Positions 1-9,600 of a stretch of DNA of 64,000 nt are shown one piece after another; position 1 is the stretch's first letter, and every line of letters starts with the position of its first letter. Source of the DNA: an uncultured Alphaproteobacteria bacterium (GTDB lineage Bacteria > Pseudomonadota > Alphaproteobacteria > Rhizobiales > CAWCWK01); contig CAWJFE010000001.1 in the NCBI GenBank assembly GCA_963842125.1, positions 1,475,592 through 1,539,591 on the forward strand, read 5' to 3'. Under the pieces are notes generated by a model. The model was not told where the DNA came from. It saw only the letters and a list, made by a program, of their open reading frames with translations, and made no database searches. The translations under genes were made by a program, and so were the position numbers.

Positions 1-2619
1 GCCGACAGCCTTTTCGCGGAGGAGGGCGTGCCGCGTCTCGAAGGACAGCAGTCCACGATGACCCAGCTTCTCGCCAACGGTCAGGGCATCGCCGAGCGGG
101 CGACGTCGATCCTCGACCGCGCCGATAACCTCCTGGGTGCGACGGCACCCGACATCACCGCGACGGTCGCCAACGCCTCCGTCATCAGCGGCAACCTCGC
201 GACGGCATCGCAGGACGTTGCGACCGTGCTCGATGCCGCCGGCGACGTCGCATCGAGTTTCCAGGCCCTCTCAGGGCAAGTGGGATCACTGGCGGACGAG
301 GTCGGCCAGACGGTCGGGCGGATCGATATCGACGAGATCAACACCGCGCTCGCCAATGTCGCCTCCGTCACCGGTACCCTGGCCGCCAACGAGGTCGAGA
401 TCGGCCAGCTTCTCGCCAATGCCGAGACGGCCTCGATGCAGCTGACCGAATTGTTGACCCAGGCCGGCTCCTTCGCGGCCGAGGCGCGCCAGGCCGTTTC
501 GTCCACCCGCACGGTCATCTCCACCGTCGAGCAACTGGCCGCCGCGATCGAGCCGGAACGTGTCACCAGCATCCTCGCCAATGTCGATGCGGCCACCGAC
601 CTCGTTCAGGCCAATGGTGCCGACATCACGCGGATCGCGCGGAACGCCGGGGAGGCGACGGAGCGGCTGAACACGATCCTCGGCGACGCGAGCGGCATCG
701 GGGCACGGATCAGCGAAGTCACCGCCGCGATCGATCCGGAAGCCTTGGGTGACGCGGTCTTCAATGTGCGCAGTCTTACGGAAACCCTGGCCGCGAGCGG
801 GGAGCAAGTCGCATCCACGATCGCATCGGCTCGTACCGCCGTCGATCGCGTATCGAGCGCCCTCGAGGGCACCGACGGCATCGGCACACGGGTGAACGCC
901 ATCGTGGAAGGCATCGACCCGGTCGCCCTGGGCGAGACGGTAGCCTCCGTTCGCGACGCGACGGCGAGCGCGGAGCGCACCGCCGCCGCCGCCGAGCGAG
1001 CCGTCGCGGCCATCGACGCCGAAGCGCTTGGCGATACTGTCTTCAACGTACGCAGCTTGACCGAAACGCTGGCTGGCAGTGCAGAGGGCGTCTCGCGCAG
1101 CATCGCCTCCGTCGAGACCGCATCGCAACGCGCGGCTGCGGCTCTTGAGGGGACCGAGACGCTCGGTACGCAAGTCCAGGCCATCGTGGCGGGGATCGAT
1201 CCCGTCGCCTTAGGCGAGACCGTCGCATCCGTTCGCGACGCAACCGCCAGCGCGGAACGCACCGCCGCAGCCGCCGAGCGGGCCGTTGCGTCCATCGACG
1301 CGGAAGTGCTCGGCGATACGGTGTTCAACGTGCGCAGCCTGACGGAGACACTGGCCGGTAGCGCCGAGGGCGTCTCCCGTACGATCGCCTCGGCTGAGAC
1401 CGCGGCGCAGCGTGCAGCCGCCGCGCTGGAAGGCACGGAGACGCTCGGCACGCAGGTTGAGGCCATCGTGGCGGGGATCGACCCTGTCGCCTTGGGCGAG
1501 ACGGTCGCGTCCGTTCGCGCCGCGACGGCGAGCGCGGAACAGGCGGCTGCCGCCATCGACGCGGAAGCGCTCGGCGATACGGTGTTCAACGTCCGCAGCC
1601 TGACCGAGACGCTGGCGGGGAGTGCGGAGGGTGTTTCCCGCACCATTGCATCAGCCGAAACCGTAGCCGCTCGTGCCGCGTCCGCGCTCGAAGGCACGGA
1701 AGGACTGGGGCCGCGCATCGACGGGATCGTCGGCACCGCGTCCTCGGCCGCCACGCGCATCGACGAAGTTCTGGCGGGTGTCGAGCCCGAAGCCGTCGGC
1801 CGCGTGCTCGACAACGTCGCCGCCGCGAGCGAGAGCGCCAACACGCTCCTCACCGAGGCGCAAGGCCTTCCGGCCTCGCTCGACTCGACGCTCCTGACGG
1901 CACGCGGCGCCGTTCGCGACGTGCGCGGCGTGGTCGAGGCCATCGATCCGGAGCGGGTCCGCGCTTCCATCGCCGACGTGAACACGCTGACGGCGTCGCT
2001 CGCGGCACAGACGCCCGACATCGAGGCGGCGGTCGACAACATCCGTATCGCCAGCGAGCGCGCCAATGCCGTGCTCGGCGAAGCGTCGGAGTTCAGTGCA
2101 TCGCTCAACGACGTGAGCGCATCGGCGCAGACCCTCGTCGCGCGGCTGGATACGATCCTGGCGGAGGTCGAGCCGGAGGCCGTCGGTGCGACGGTGGGTA
2201 ACCTTCGGGACTTCACCGGCACCCTGGCCGAGAACAGGGACGCGGTCGGGCAGACCTTGCAGGACGTATCGGGCCTCGCGGCGCGCCTGCGGGAATCGGC
2301 CGACAAGGTCGATGGCCTCATCGGCTCCGCGCAAGGGCTGGTGGACGAGCAGGCCGAGACGCTTCTCGCCGACGCGTCCGCGGCGGCCCGCAGCCTGCGC
2401 GATCTCTCCACCGATCTCGGCGCCCGCGTGCCGCAGATCGCGGAGAACCTCAACAGCTTCACCGGCCGCGGGCTGGAGGGGCTGACGGACCTCATCCAGG
2501 AGGGCAAGCGAACGGTGGGCACGCTCGATCGGGTCATCGGCTCGGTGGAGAGCAATCCCGAGCAATTCCTCTTCGGGCGGAGCGGCGGGTCCGACTACCA
2601 GCCGCGTGGGCGGCAGTAA
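1..2619 (+). CDS. MCE/MlaD-family protein, C-terminal part (5-prime end lies outside the window) with expanded helical tandem repeats
   Basis: Frame 1 is open from nt 1, so the gene starts upstream. Ala/Thr/Glu-rich helical repeats. C-terminal tail ...SVESNPEQFLFGR as in MlaD/MCE proteins. Followed by the usual PqiC-type lipoprotein partner gene. Confidence 0.65.
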   Translation, partial: ADSLFAEEGVPRLEGQQSTMTQLLANGQGIAERATSILDRADNLLGATAPDITATVANASVISGNLATASQDVATVLDAAGDVASSFQALSGQVGSLADEVGQTVGRIDIDEINTALANVASVTGTLAANEVEIGQLLANAETASMQLTELLTQAGSFAAEARQAVSSTRTVISTVEQLAAAIEPERVTSILANVDAATDLVQANGADITRIARNAGEATERLNTILGDASGIGARISEVTAAIDPEALGDAVFNVRSLTETLAASGEQVASTIASARTAVDRVSSALEGTDGIGTRVNAIVEGIDPVALGETVASVRDATASAERTAAAAERAVAAIDAEALGDTVFNVRSLTETLAGSAEGVSRSIASVETASQRAAAALEGTETLGTQVQAIVAGIDPVALGETVASVRDATASAERTAAAAERAVASIDAEVLGDTVFNVRSLTETLAGSAEGVSRTIASAETAAQRAAAALEGTETLGTQVEAIVAGIDPVALGETVASVRAATASAEQAAAAIDAEALGDTVFNVRSLTETLAGSAEGVSRTIASAETVAARAASALEGTEGLGPRIDGIVGTASSAATRIDEVLAGVEPEAVGRVLDNVAAASESANTLLTEAQGLPASLDSTLLTARGAVRDVRGVVEAIDPERVRASIADVNTLTASLAAQTPDIEAAVDNIRIASERANAVLGEASEFSASLNDVSASAQTLVARLDTILAEVEPEAVGATVGNLRDFTGTLAENRDAVGQTLQDVSGLAARLRESADKVDGLIGSAQGLVDEQAETLLADASAAARSLRDLSTDLGARVPQIAENLNSFTGRGLEGLTDLIQEGKRTVGTLDRVIGSVESNPEQFLFGRSGGSDYQPRGRQ
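727..1740 (+). repeat. In-frame 282-bp (94-aa) tandem repeat, about 3.5 copies, inside the MlaD-like gene
   Basis: AID(P/A)EALGD(A/T)VFNVRSLTETLA...GIDPVALGETVASVRDATASAERTAAAAERAVA recurs starting at nt 727, 1009 and about 1288 and 1549. Period 282 nt for the first copies. Confidence 0.85.
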
Positions 2620-2765
2620 GCCGACGATAGGCCGGCGTTTGTGTCCCCCATGACACGGCGCTTCGCCATCATCCCGCTATAGTGAACCGCGCTTTGCGAA
2701 GGCGAGGCCGCGAGTCGAAAGGGTATCTGGTGGCGAAAGCTTCCTCTCACGCAGTCGAGCGCCGC

Positions 2766-3347
2766 GTGCGCCGCGCCGCGATGGCGGTCTGCCTCGCGCT
2801 CGGCGTGAGCGGTTGCGCGTCGGTGCTGGGGACCGAGGCGACCACCATCATCTACGATCTCGATATTCCGGATGTGGGCCGCACCGGCATCGCGACCGTC
2901 GTCGCGGTCCCGAGCGCCACCGCCATCCGGGTCCTGGAGACGGACCGCATCGCGGTGCGCCCGACGCCCGCCACCTATGCCTTCTACCCCGATGCAACCT
3001 GGACCGATGCGCTGCCGGCGCTGGTGCAGGCGAGGGCGGTGCAGGCCTTCGAGAATGCTTCGGCCCTCCAATCCATTGGCCGCTCCAGCGACGGTCTCGC
3101 CGCGCGCTATCAATTGCTTCTCGACATCCGCGCGTTCGAGCTGCGATCGGGTCCGCCCGAGATCGCGCGGGTCGCGATCTCCGCCAAGCTCTTGAGCCTG
3201 TCGTCCGGCCGCGTCGTCGCCGCACGCATCGTCGAATCGGACGTGCCTGCGCTCAGCGACGAGGCGAACGACGCCGTGGCGGCGCTCAACGGCGCCTTCG
3301 AGGACGCCATGCGCGACGTCGTCGCCTGGGCCGGCCGGCAGATCTAG
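2766..3347 (+). CDS. ABC-type transport auxiliary lipoprotein (PqiC/YmbA-like, DUF330 family)
   Basis: Lipobox LALGVSGC near the N-terminus and family-like body (TIIYDLD..., ...YQLLLDIRAFEL...). Start uncertain: GTG 2766 or ATG 2781. The ORF is open from 2682. Confidence 0.7.
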   Translation: MRRAAMAVCLALGVSGCASVLGTEATTIIYDLDIPDVGRTGIATVVAVPSATAIRVLETDRIAVRPTPATYAFYPDATWTDALPALVQARAVQAFENASALQSIGRSSDGLAARYQLLLDIRAFELRSGPPEIARVAISAKLLSLSSGRVVAARIVESDVPALSDEANDAVAALNGAFEDAMRDVVAWAGRQI

Positions 3348-3403
3348 CCGGGCGATCGCGTTAAATCCGGCCCAGAACCGACCCCTCATCAGATTCGCTT
3401 GAA

Positions 3404-3586
3404 CCTTCGCCCTTCTCCCCTCCGTCATCCTCGGACACCGATCCGAGGAGCCAGAGCGGCAATCGCATTGCCCTGATCGTGGGCGAGCCGTCGCAGAGCG
3501 TTGAGTGTTCGGGACGCCGAATGCGGTCCCGGCTATGGCCCCCTCGATTCTCGGGTAGCCAAACGGGAATGACGGCGGAGGGTTAC
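3404..3586. repeat. RIME/MITE-like intergenic mosaic element, copy 1 (partner at 32941-33125)
   Basis: About 75 nt (ccttcgc..ttctcc.cccgtcatcctcgg.caccga.ccgagga.ccagagcggcaatcgcat) are shared with 32941-33015. The ends are inverted (ctccgtcatcctcgg / cgggaatgacggcggag). Confidence 0.7.
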
Positions 3587-3627
3587 GCGACCTTCCGGAC
3601 CAAGCCGAAGCCCTTTACGAGATCGAA

Positions 3628-3655
3628 CGAAGGGCGCCTCGCCGAGCGCCCTTCG
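3628..3655. terminator. GC-rich hairpin between convergent genes, candidate bidirectional terminator
   Basis: Perfect 10-bp stem cgaagggcgc / gcgcccttcg with an 8-nt loop, 10 nt from the stop of the giant minus-strand gene. The T-tract is weak. Confidence 0.5.
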
Positions 3656-3665
3656 TAATTGCCTC

Positions 3666-6600
3666 CTACGAAAGGCGGCCGCTCGTGTGGGCGAGCATGG
3701 TGTAGACCTTGCCCGTCTCCGACATCAGGTAGTCCTGCGCCGCGTTACCGTTCGGGTCGTCCTTCGCGACCTGCCGCAGCAGGTTCTCGAAGTCCTCGAG
3801 ATAGCGCTCGACCGACGTGCGGAACTCCTTGTCGCGCGCATAGCGACGGCGGATGTCGTCATAGGTCTTCTGGCCCTGCAGCGTGTAAAGGCGGCGGGTG
3901 AAGACGTTGCGTTCGCCGTCCTTGTAGCGGTCCCAGAGGCTCATGAACGCGTCGTGGTCGATGGCGCGGGCGATGTCGACCGAGAGCGAGTTCAGCGATT
4001 CGACCATATGGATCGGGGTCCGCGCGCTCGGGATCGGCTGGCGTGTGCGGGGCTGAGGCTCGGGCGCAGGCTCGGCCCGAGCGGGTTCGGTGCTGCGAAC
4101 GCTGGGCGCTGGCCGCTCGATCGCCTCTTGAAGGGCCGTTTCGAGGTCACGCGAAAGCGCAGGGTCCTCAACGCTCCTCGACGGCTCGGCAAAGCTCCGC
4201 TCGGCTGGCTTCACCGGCTCGGCCTGCGGCGTCTCCCGGGCCGGGGTGCTGGCCGTCACGACGGTCTCGCGCTCGTCACGGCGCGGGGTCGTCTCGCCGC
4301 GCGTGGCGGCCGCGAAGGACGGCACGCTGACATCGAGTTGACCGGCCTGCCGGCTGGCGATCTCGGAAAGCTCGCGCAGCGCCTTGATCTGGTCCGACAC
4401 GACGCGGCGCATCGACTGTGCGCCTTCCTCGGCCTCCTTCGGAATCTGGATGGCGCCGTCGCGCAGGAGGGAGCGCGTGCTGTCGATCTCGCGGCGGATC
4501 GTCTCGCTCATCCCGCGCATCTCACCAGCCGAGTCGGCGAAGCGCGCCATGGCTTCGTCGAGCGCACCCGAGATCGAGGCGACGGATTGCTCGTAGGTCC
4601 TCGCGATTGCGGCCGAGACGTCCTGTCCTTTCGCGGTGGCCTCGTCGCGCATGGCCTCGATACGGCCTTCGAAAGCCGCCTCGATCGACCGTGCGGCGGA
4701 GGCGAGGGCTGCGGCGGCTTCCTGTGAGCGGGTCTGTGCGTTCGCGAGCGAGCCTTCAAGGCACTGCGCGAGCGCCTGAACGCGGCCCTCGATCGCCTCG
4801 ACCTCCGCGCCGACCGAACTCGACAGCGCGCCGATCCGGGCCTCGCGCTCGGCGAGCCCCTGGTCGATGCGCCGGTTTACGGCATCGACCGCCCGGGCCG
4901 CCGTAGCCAGACCGTCGGACTGAGCCTCGAAGCGCTCGGTAAGTTGCGCGACATCGGCGACGATATGTCCCGCCGTCTCGCGCATCGTATCGACGCGCTC
5001 GCCCAAGAGACCGCTCGTTTCGCTGGCATCCCGAACGACACGCTCGAGAAGATCGCGAAGGGCGGCGGCCTGATCGCCGAGCTGGAGCTCGACGCGGGCG
5101 AGATCGCGGGTCGCGCTCTCCGACGTCTCTGTGACGAGCTGTGCGGCCGCTTCGATGCGGCCGGTCACATCGGTCATCCGAACGCGCAGCCGCTCGCCGC
5201 TTTCGTCCATCGCTGCGAGGAGGGCGCCACCCTTGCCGTCGAGCGTCTCGTTGATCTCACCCGCTCGGCTGGAGACGACGTCCGCGATGGTGTTCGAGAG
5301 GGCTTCGAGGCGTGACAGCATCTCGCCGCCCCGGGTGTCGAGCACAGTCGACAGCTCGGTTGTTCGGCCCTCCAGCGTGGTCGCGAGTTCGTCGGAGAGG
5401 CGGGCCGTTCGGCCGTCGAACATCGCAGAGAGGGCGCCTACGGCATCCTGCATTCGCCCCGCCGCCGCATCGCCGCGCGCGCCGAGTGTTTCGGCCAGCG
5501 TTTCGCCGCTCGCCAACACATCGCGGATCATGCCGCTGCGCTCGTCGAGCATCGTGCCGATAACCCGGGCGACCGAGCCGCTGCGGGTGTCGAGCTCGTT
5601 GCGAAGCGTCGCGATGGCGTCCTCGACATCGGACGCGATCTTGTCGCCGCGTTCGCCAAGGGCCGCGACGAGATCGCCGCCCTTGTCGTCGAGGAGGGCG
5701 TTGATCGCGCCGCTCTGCTTCTCGAGCACCTCGTGGAGGGCGTCGGCCAGAGCCTCGCTGCGGGCGGCGACGCCACTCGCCGCTTCCTCGGTGCGGCTCA
5801 CCTGCGCATCGAGCGCTTCTTCAAGTCGGGCCGCCCGGGCGTCCGCTATGTCGACGACCTTACCGGTCCCATCCTCGAAGGCGCCGGAGATCCGAGCGAG
5901 TTCCGATCCGATGGAGGCGGCGGCGCGGGTGGCGCTCTCCTCGATCGCGGCTTCGGCCGCGACCTTGGCCGAGCTCAGGACGGTCTCCAATTCTGCGCCC
6001 TGACGCTGCAGCGCCTCGGCGGTCTCCGCGATCGCGTTGCGAAGCGCGCCCTCGATGGCCGCGACCTGGTTCTCGCTGTCGTTGCGCACCGCCTCGGCCC
6101 GGTCCGCGACGAGTGCATCGACGTCTCCCGCGCGCTTCTCGAGCACATCGAGCACGATCTGCGTGCGGCGGTTGAAAGCCTCCGTGCTCTCGGCAAGCCG
6201 CGAGACGATATGCGCGGCGCGGCCCTCGACAGACTCGTCGAGGCCCTTGCTCGCTGCCGAGAAGGTCTCGGCCGCGGCCTCGGCCTGCTGCGTGATCTCG
6301 GTTGCGCTTCGTGTGATCGCCCCGTCTATCGTCCGGCGCAGCGCCTCGATGCGGCCGGCCGCTTCGCTGCTCAGCGTCTCGCTGCCGGAGGCGAGGATGG
6401 TCTGGAGACGTTCGGTCTCGCTCGCCAGCGTCTCCGCGACGGTCGCCGCATTCTTCGCCAGACGGCCCTGCGCGGCCTCGATGGTCTCGGTGAAGGCGGT
6501 GAGGAGCGTATCGGTCGTCGTCTTCGTACTGCTGGCGAGGTTCGCGTCCGCGTCGCGCGTTGCGGCCTCGATCCGATGCGTCACCGTCTCGATGTTGCCG

Positions 6601-9600
6601 ACCACGAGATCGACACGCTGCGCCAGCGCGTTCTCCGCCTCCGCAATGCGCGACGCGATCTGCGCGGCCGCTGCGGCTGACGTCTGGCCGGAGATGGAGC
6701 CCGCCTGGGCGCCCGCCTCTTCGATCGCTCGGGTGACAGCCTCGATCTGATCCGTCAGCAACGTGGAGACGCCTTCCGTCTCCTGTCGCAAGGCGCCGAC
6801 GCCGCCATCGAGCGCGCGTGCGATCTCGGTCGCGCGACCGCCCATCTCGTCCCCAAGACGGGTCACGCCCGTCGCGATGGCGTCGGACAAGGCCGAGACA
6901 TGGTCGGTCATCAGCGTCGTCAGACCGCCGGTATCGTCCTTGATGGTACGCAGGCCGTCGCCGAGCGTGCGGGAGACCTCCGCCGCCCGGATGCCCATCT
7001 GCTCGTCGATGCGCGCAAGGCTCGTCTCGATCGTCTCGTCCAGGGAATAGGCCCGGGTCGCCATGACCTCTTCGGCCCGGACGGACGCCCGCGATAGACT
7101 GTCGTCGATCGCATCCGCGCTCCGGCTCAACGTCGCCTCGATCTGAGCGACCTGCGCCGCCAGACGCGACGTCGCCCCCGCGACCTGTTCCGCGATGGCG
7201 ACGGTCAGCGTCTCTGTCTCGCCGGAGAGGACGATCGCGGCGGCGTCGCCAGATTTCGCGACGGCCGCCCGGAGGTTCTCCGTCTGTCCGTGCGTCAGGG
7301 CCTCCATGCGGGTCAGGCCGTCTTCGAGAGCCTCGCCGATCCGCCGGGCACCCGTCTCGCTCTGCGCGACGACTCCCTCGAAGGCGTTGGTATTGGCGGC
7401 GAAGCTGGCCGAGATGCGGGCGGCACCCTCTTCGAGGACCTGATCGAGATCGGCCCGGCCTTCCGTCGTCGCGCGCTCCAGCACGCGGGCCGATGCGGTC
7501 AGGACGTCGGCGATGCGCGAGACGCTGGTCTCCATCTCGACGCCGAAGCGCGACTGGCCCCGCTCCAAGGCGGCCCCGACGGCGCCGACCCGCTGGTCGA
7601 TGACCTTGTGGATGCCGCTGATCGTTTCCTGAAGGTCGCCAAGGCGGCCGGTCAACTCGCCGCGCGACTGCTCGAACTGCTGCGCCACCTGCGGCGCGCG
7701 CGTCTCCAGCACCTCGCGGATCGCATCGGCCTGGGTAGCGAAGGCATCGGCCGCCGACGAGATGTCGCGGGTCAAGGCCTCCGTCGTGCCGACCATGCGG
7801 CTTTCCACGAGTTCGCGCAGGCTCGCCTCGTGCGCGACGAGCGCGGCGTTGAGCGCACCGCCGTCCTGGCCGACGATGTCCTGAAGCGTCGTGATGTGGC
7901 CGCGCAAGCCGTCCTGGAGGCCGCTGGCACGGTCCGTGATCGTGGCATAGGCGCGTGTGAGCGCATCGTCCGCGCCCGTCTCGACCGTGCGGGCGATGTT
8001 GCGCACGGCTTCCGAGATCCGCGCTTCGACCGCGCTGGTCTGGCTGGCGATCCGGGCGGTCGTCTCCGCGACGTTCTGATCGACGGCGCGACTGAGCGAC
8101 GCGACACCGGCGATCTGTGCGGCGGCGACGGTTTCCATGGCTCCGTCGAGCGTGCGGGTCGTCGTGTCGGTCGCGTCTCCAACGCTGGCGATGCTGGCCG
8201 CGAGGCGCGCCTCGACGGCGCTGGCCTGGGCCGCGATGCGCGCCGAGGTTTCCGCGACAGCCGCGTCGAGCTCGGCGCGAACGCCGCTCAGGCCTGCATC
8301 CTGCGCTTGGCCGACCCTGTCGAGGGCGGCGTCGATCGTCTCGACGAAGGCCTGACCGGTCGCGAGTGCGCGTCGGTTCGTATCGTCGGTGCGCTCTTCG
8401 AGATAGCGCGTCGTCTCGTCTGTGGCTTGCCGGGCGCTCGTTACGCCGGCGACGAGCCGAGCCTCGACGGCGCTGGCCTGGGCCTCGATCCGGGCCGAGG
8501 TCTCCGCGACGGTCTCGTCGAGCTTGGTACGAACGCCGCTTAGGCCGGCATCCTGCGCCCGGCCGACCGTGTCGAGGGCCGCATCCATGGTCTCGACGAA
8601 GGCCTGACCGGTCGCGAGTACGCGTCGGTTCGTATCGTCGGTGCGCTCTTCGAGATAGCGCGTCGTCTCGTCCGTGGCCTGCCGTGCGCTCATGACGCCG
8701 GCAACGAGCCGGGCCTCGACGGCGCTGGCCTGGGCCTCGATCCGGGCGGTCGCTTCGGCGACATTCGTATCGAGCGCTATCTGCAGGTCGGTGAGATTGT
8801 GCGCCTGGGCATTGCCGACATGGTCCAGCGCCGCGTCGAGCGAGCCGACTGCGGATTCGCTGGCCGCGATGACCCGGCGCGTCGTCTCGGCAGCGCTCGT
8901 ATCGAGAAGCCGCGTTGTCTCGTCGGTCACATCCGTCACCGAGCGCAAGCCGGATTGGAGGCGGGCCTCGATCGCGGCCGTGTGGCCGGCCACGCGGGCG
9001 ACCGTTTCCTCGACGTCCCGATCCAGCGTGTCCCGCATGGTGACGAGACGGGTGGTCTGCGCCTCGTTCACCTGGTCGAGCGCCTCGTTGAGCGCCCTCA
9101 CGGCCGCTTCGCTCGCGTTCGCGACGCTGGCGGTGCTGCGGGTCAGCGCGTTCTCGACGGCAAGCTTGGCCGCCTCCGACGTGATGGTAGCCTGTGTGGC
9201 CTGGGCATTGCCGGCTTCACGAAGCGCCTCTTCCTGACGGCGCACGGCATTCTCGATCTCCGCGCGACTGGCGGCGAGGGTCGCGGACAGGGCGGCGGAT
9301 GTCGTCGTGATGTGCTCTACGAGGCTGTCGGACGCGATCCCGAACTGGTCGAGCGTTTCGGCCGATGCGCCGAGAACGGCATCGCTCGAAACGCGGGCCG
9401 CGCTTTGAAGGGCGACCGACTGTTCCTCGGTCGCACTCTCGAGACGGCCACGCTCGCCGGTCAGCTGGACGACGAGGTCGTCTCCGACCGCGCGCAGAAC
9501 CTCGTTCGTCTCCTCGCCCACGACGCGAAGACCCAACGAGACATCCTCGCCCGAGGCCCTGAAGAGCTGCACGACTTCGGCAGAGCGTGCCGCGATGGTC

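Noticed and set aside
727-1740. Possibility that the tandem repeats in this window are CRISPR arrays. This covers the repeats here, at 7980-9060 and at 51455-51521.
   Set aside because: The first two are in-frame coding repeats with no unique spacers. The third is a head-to-tail 16-mer with no spacers. No cas genes are present.
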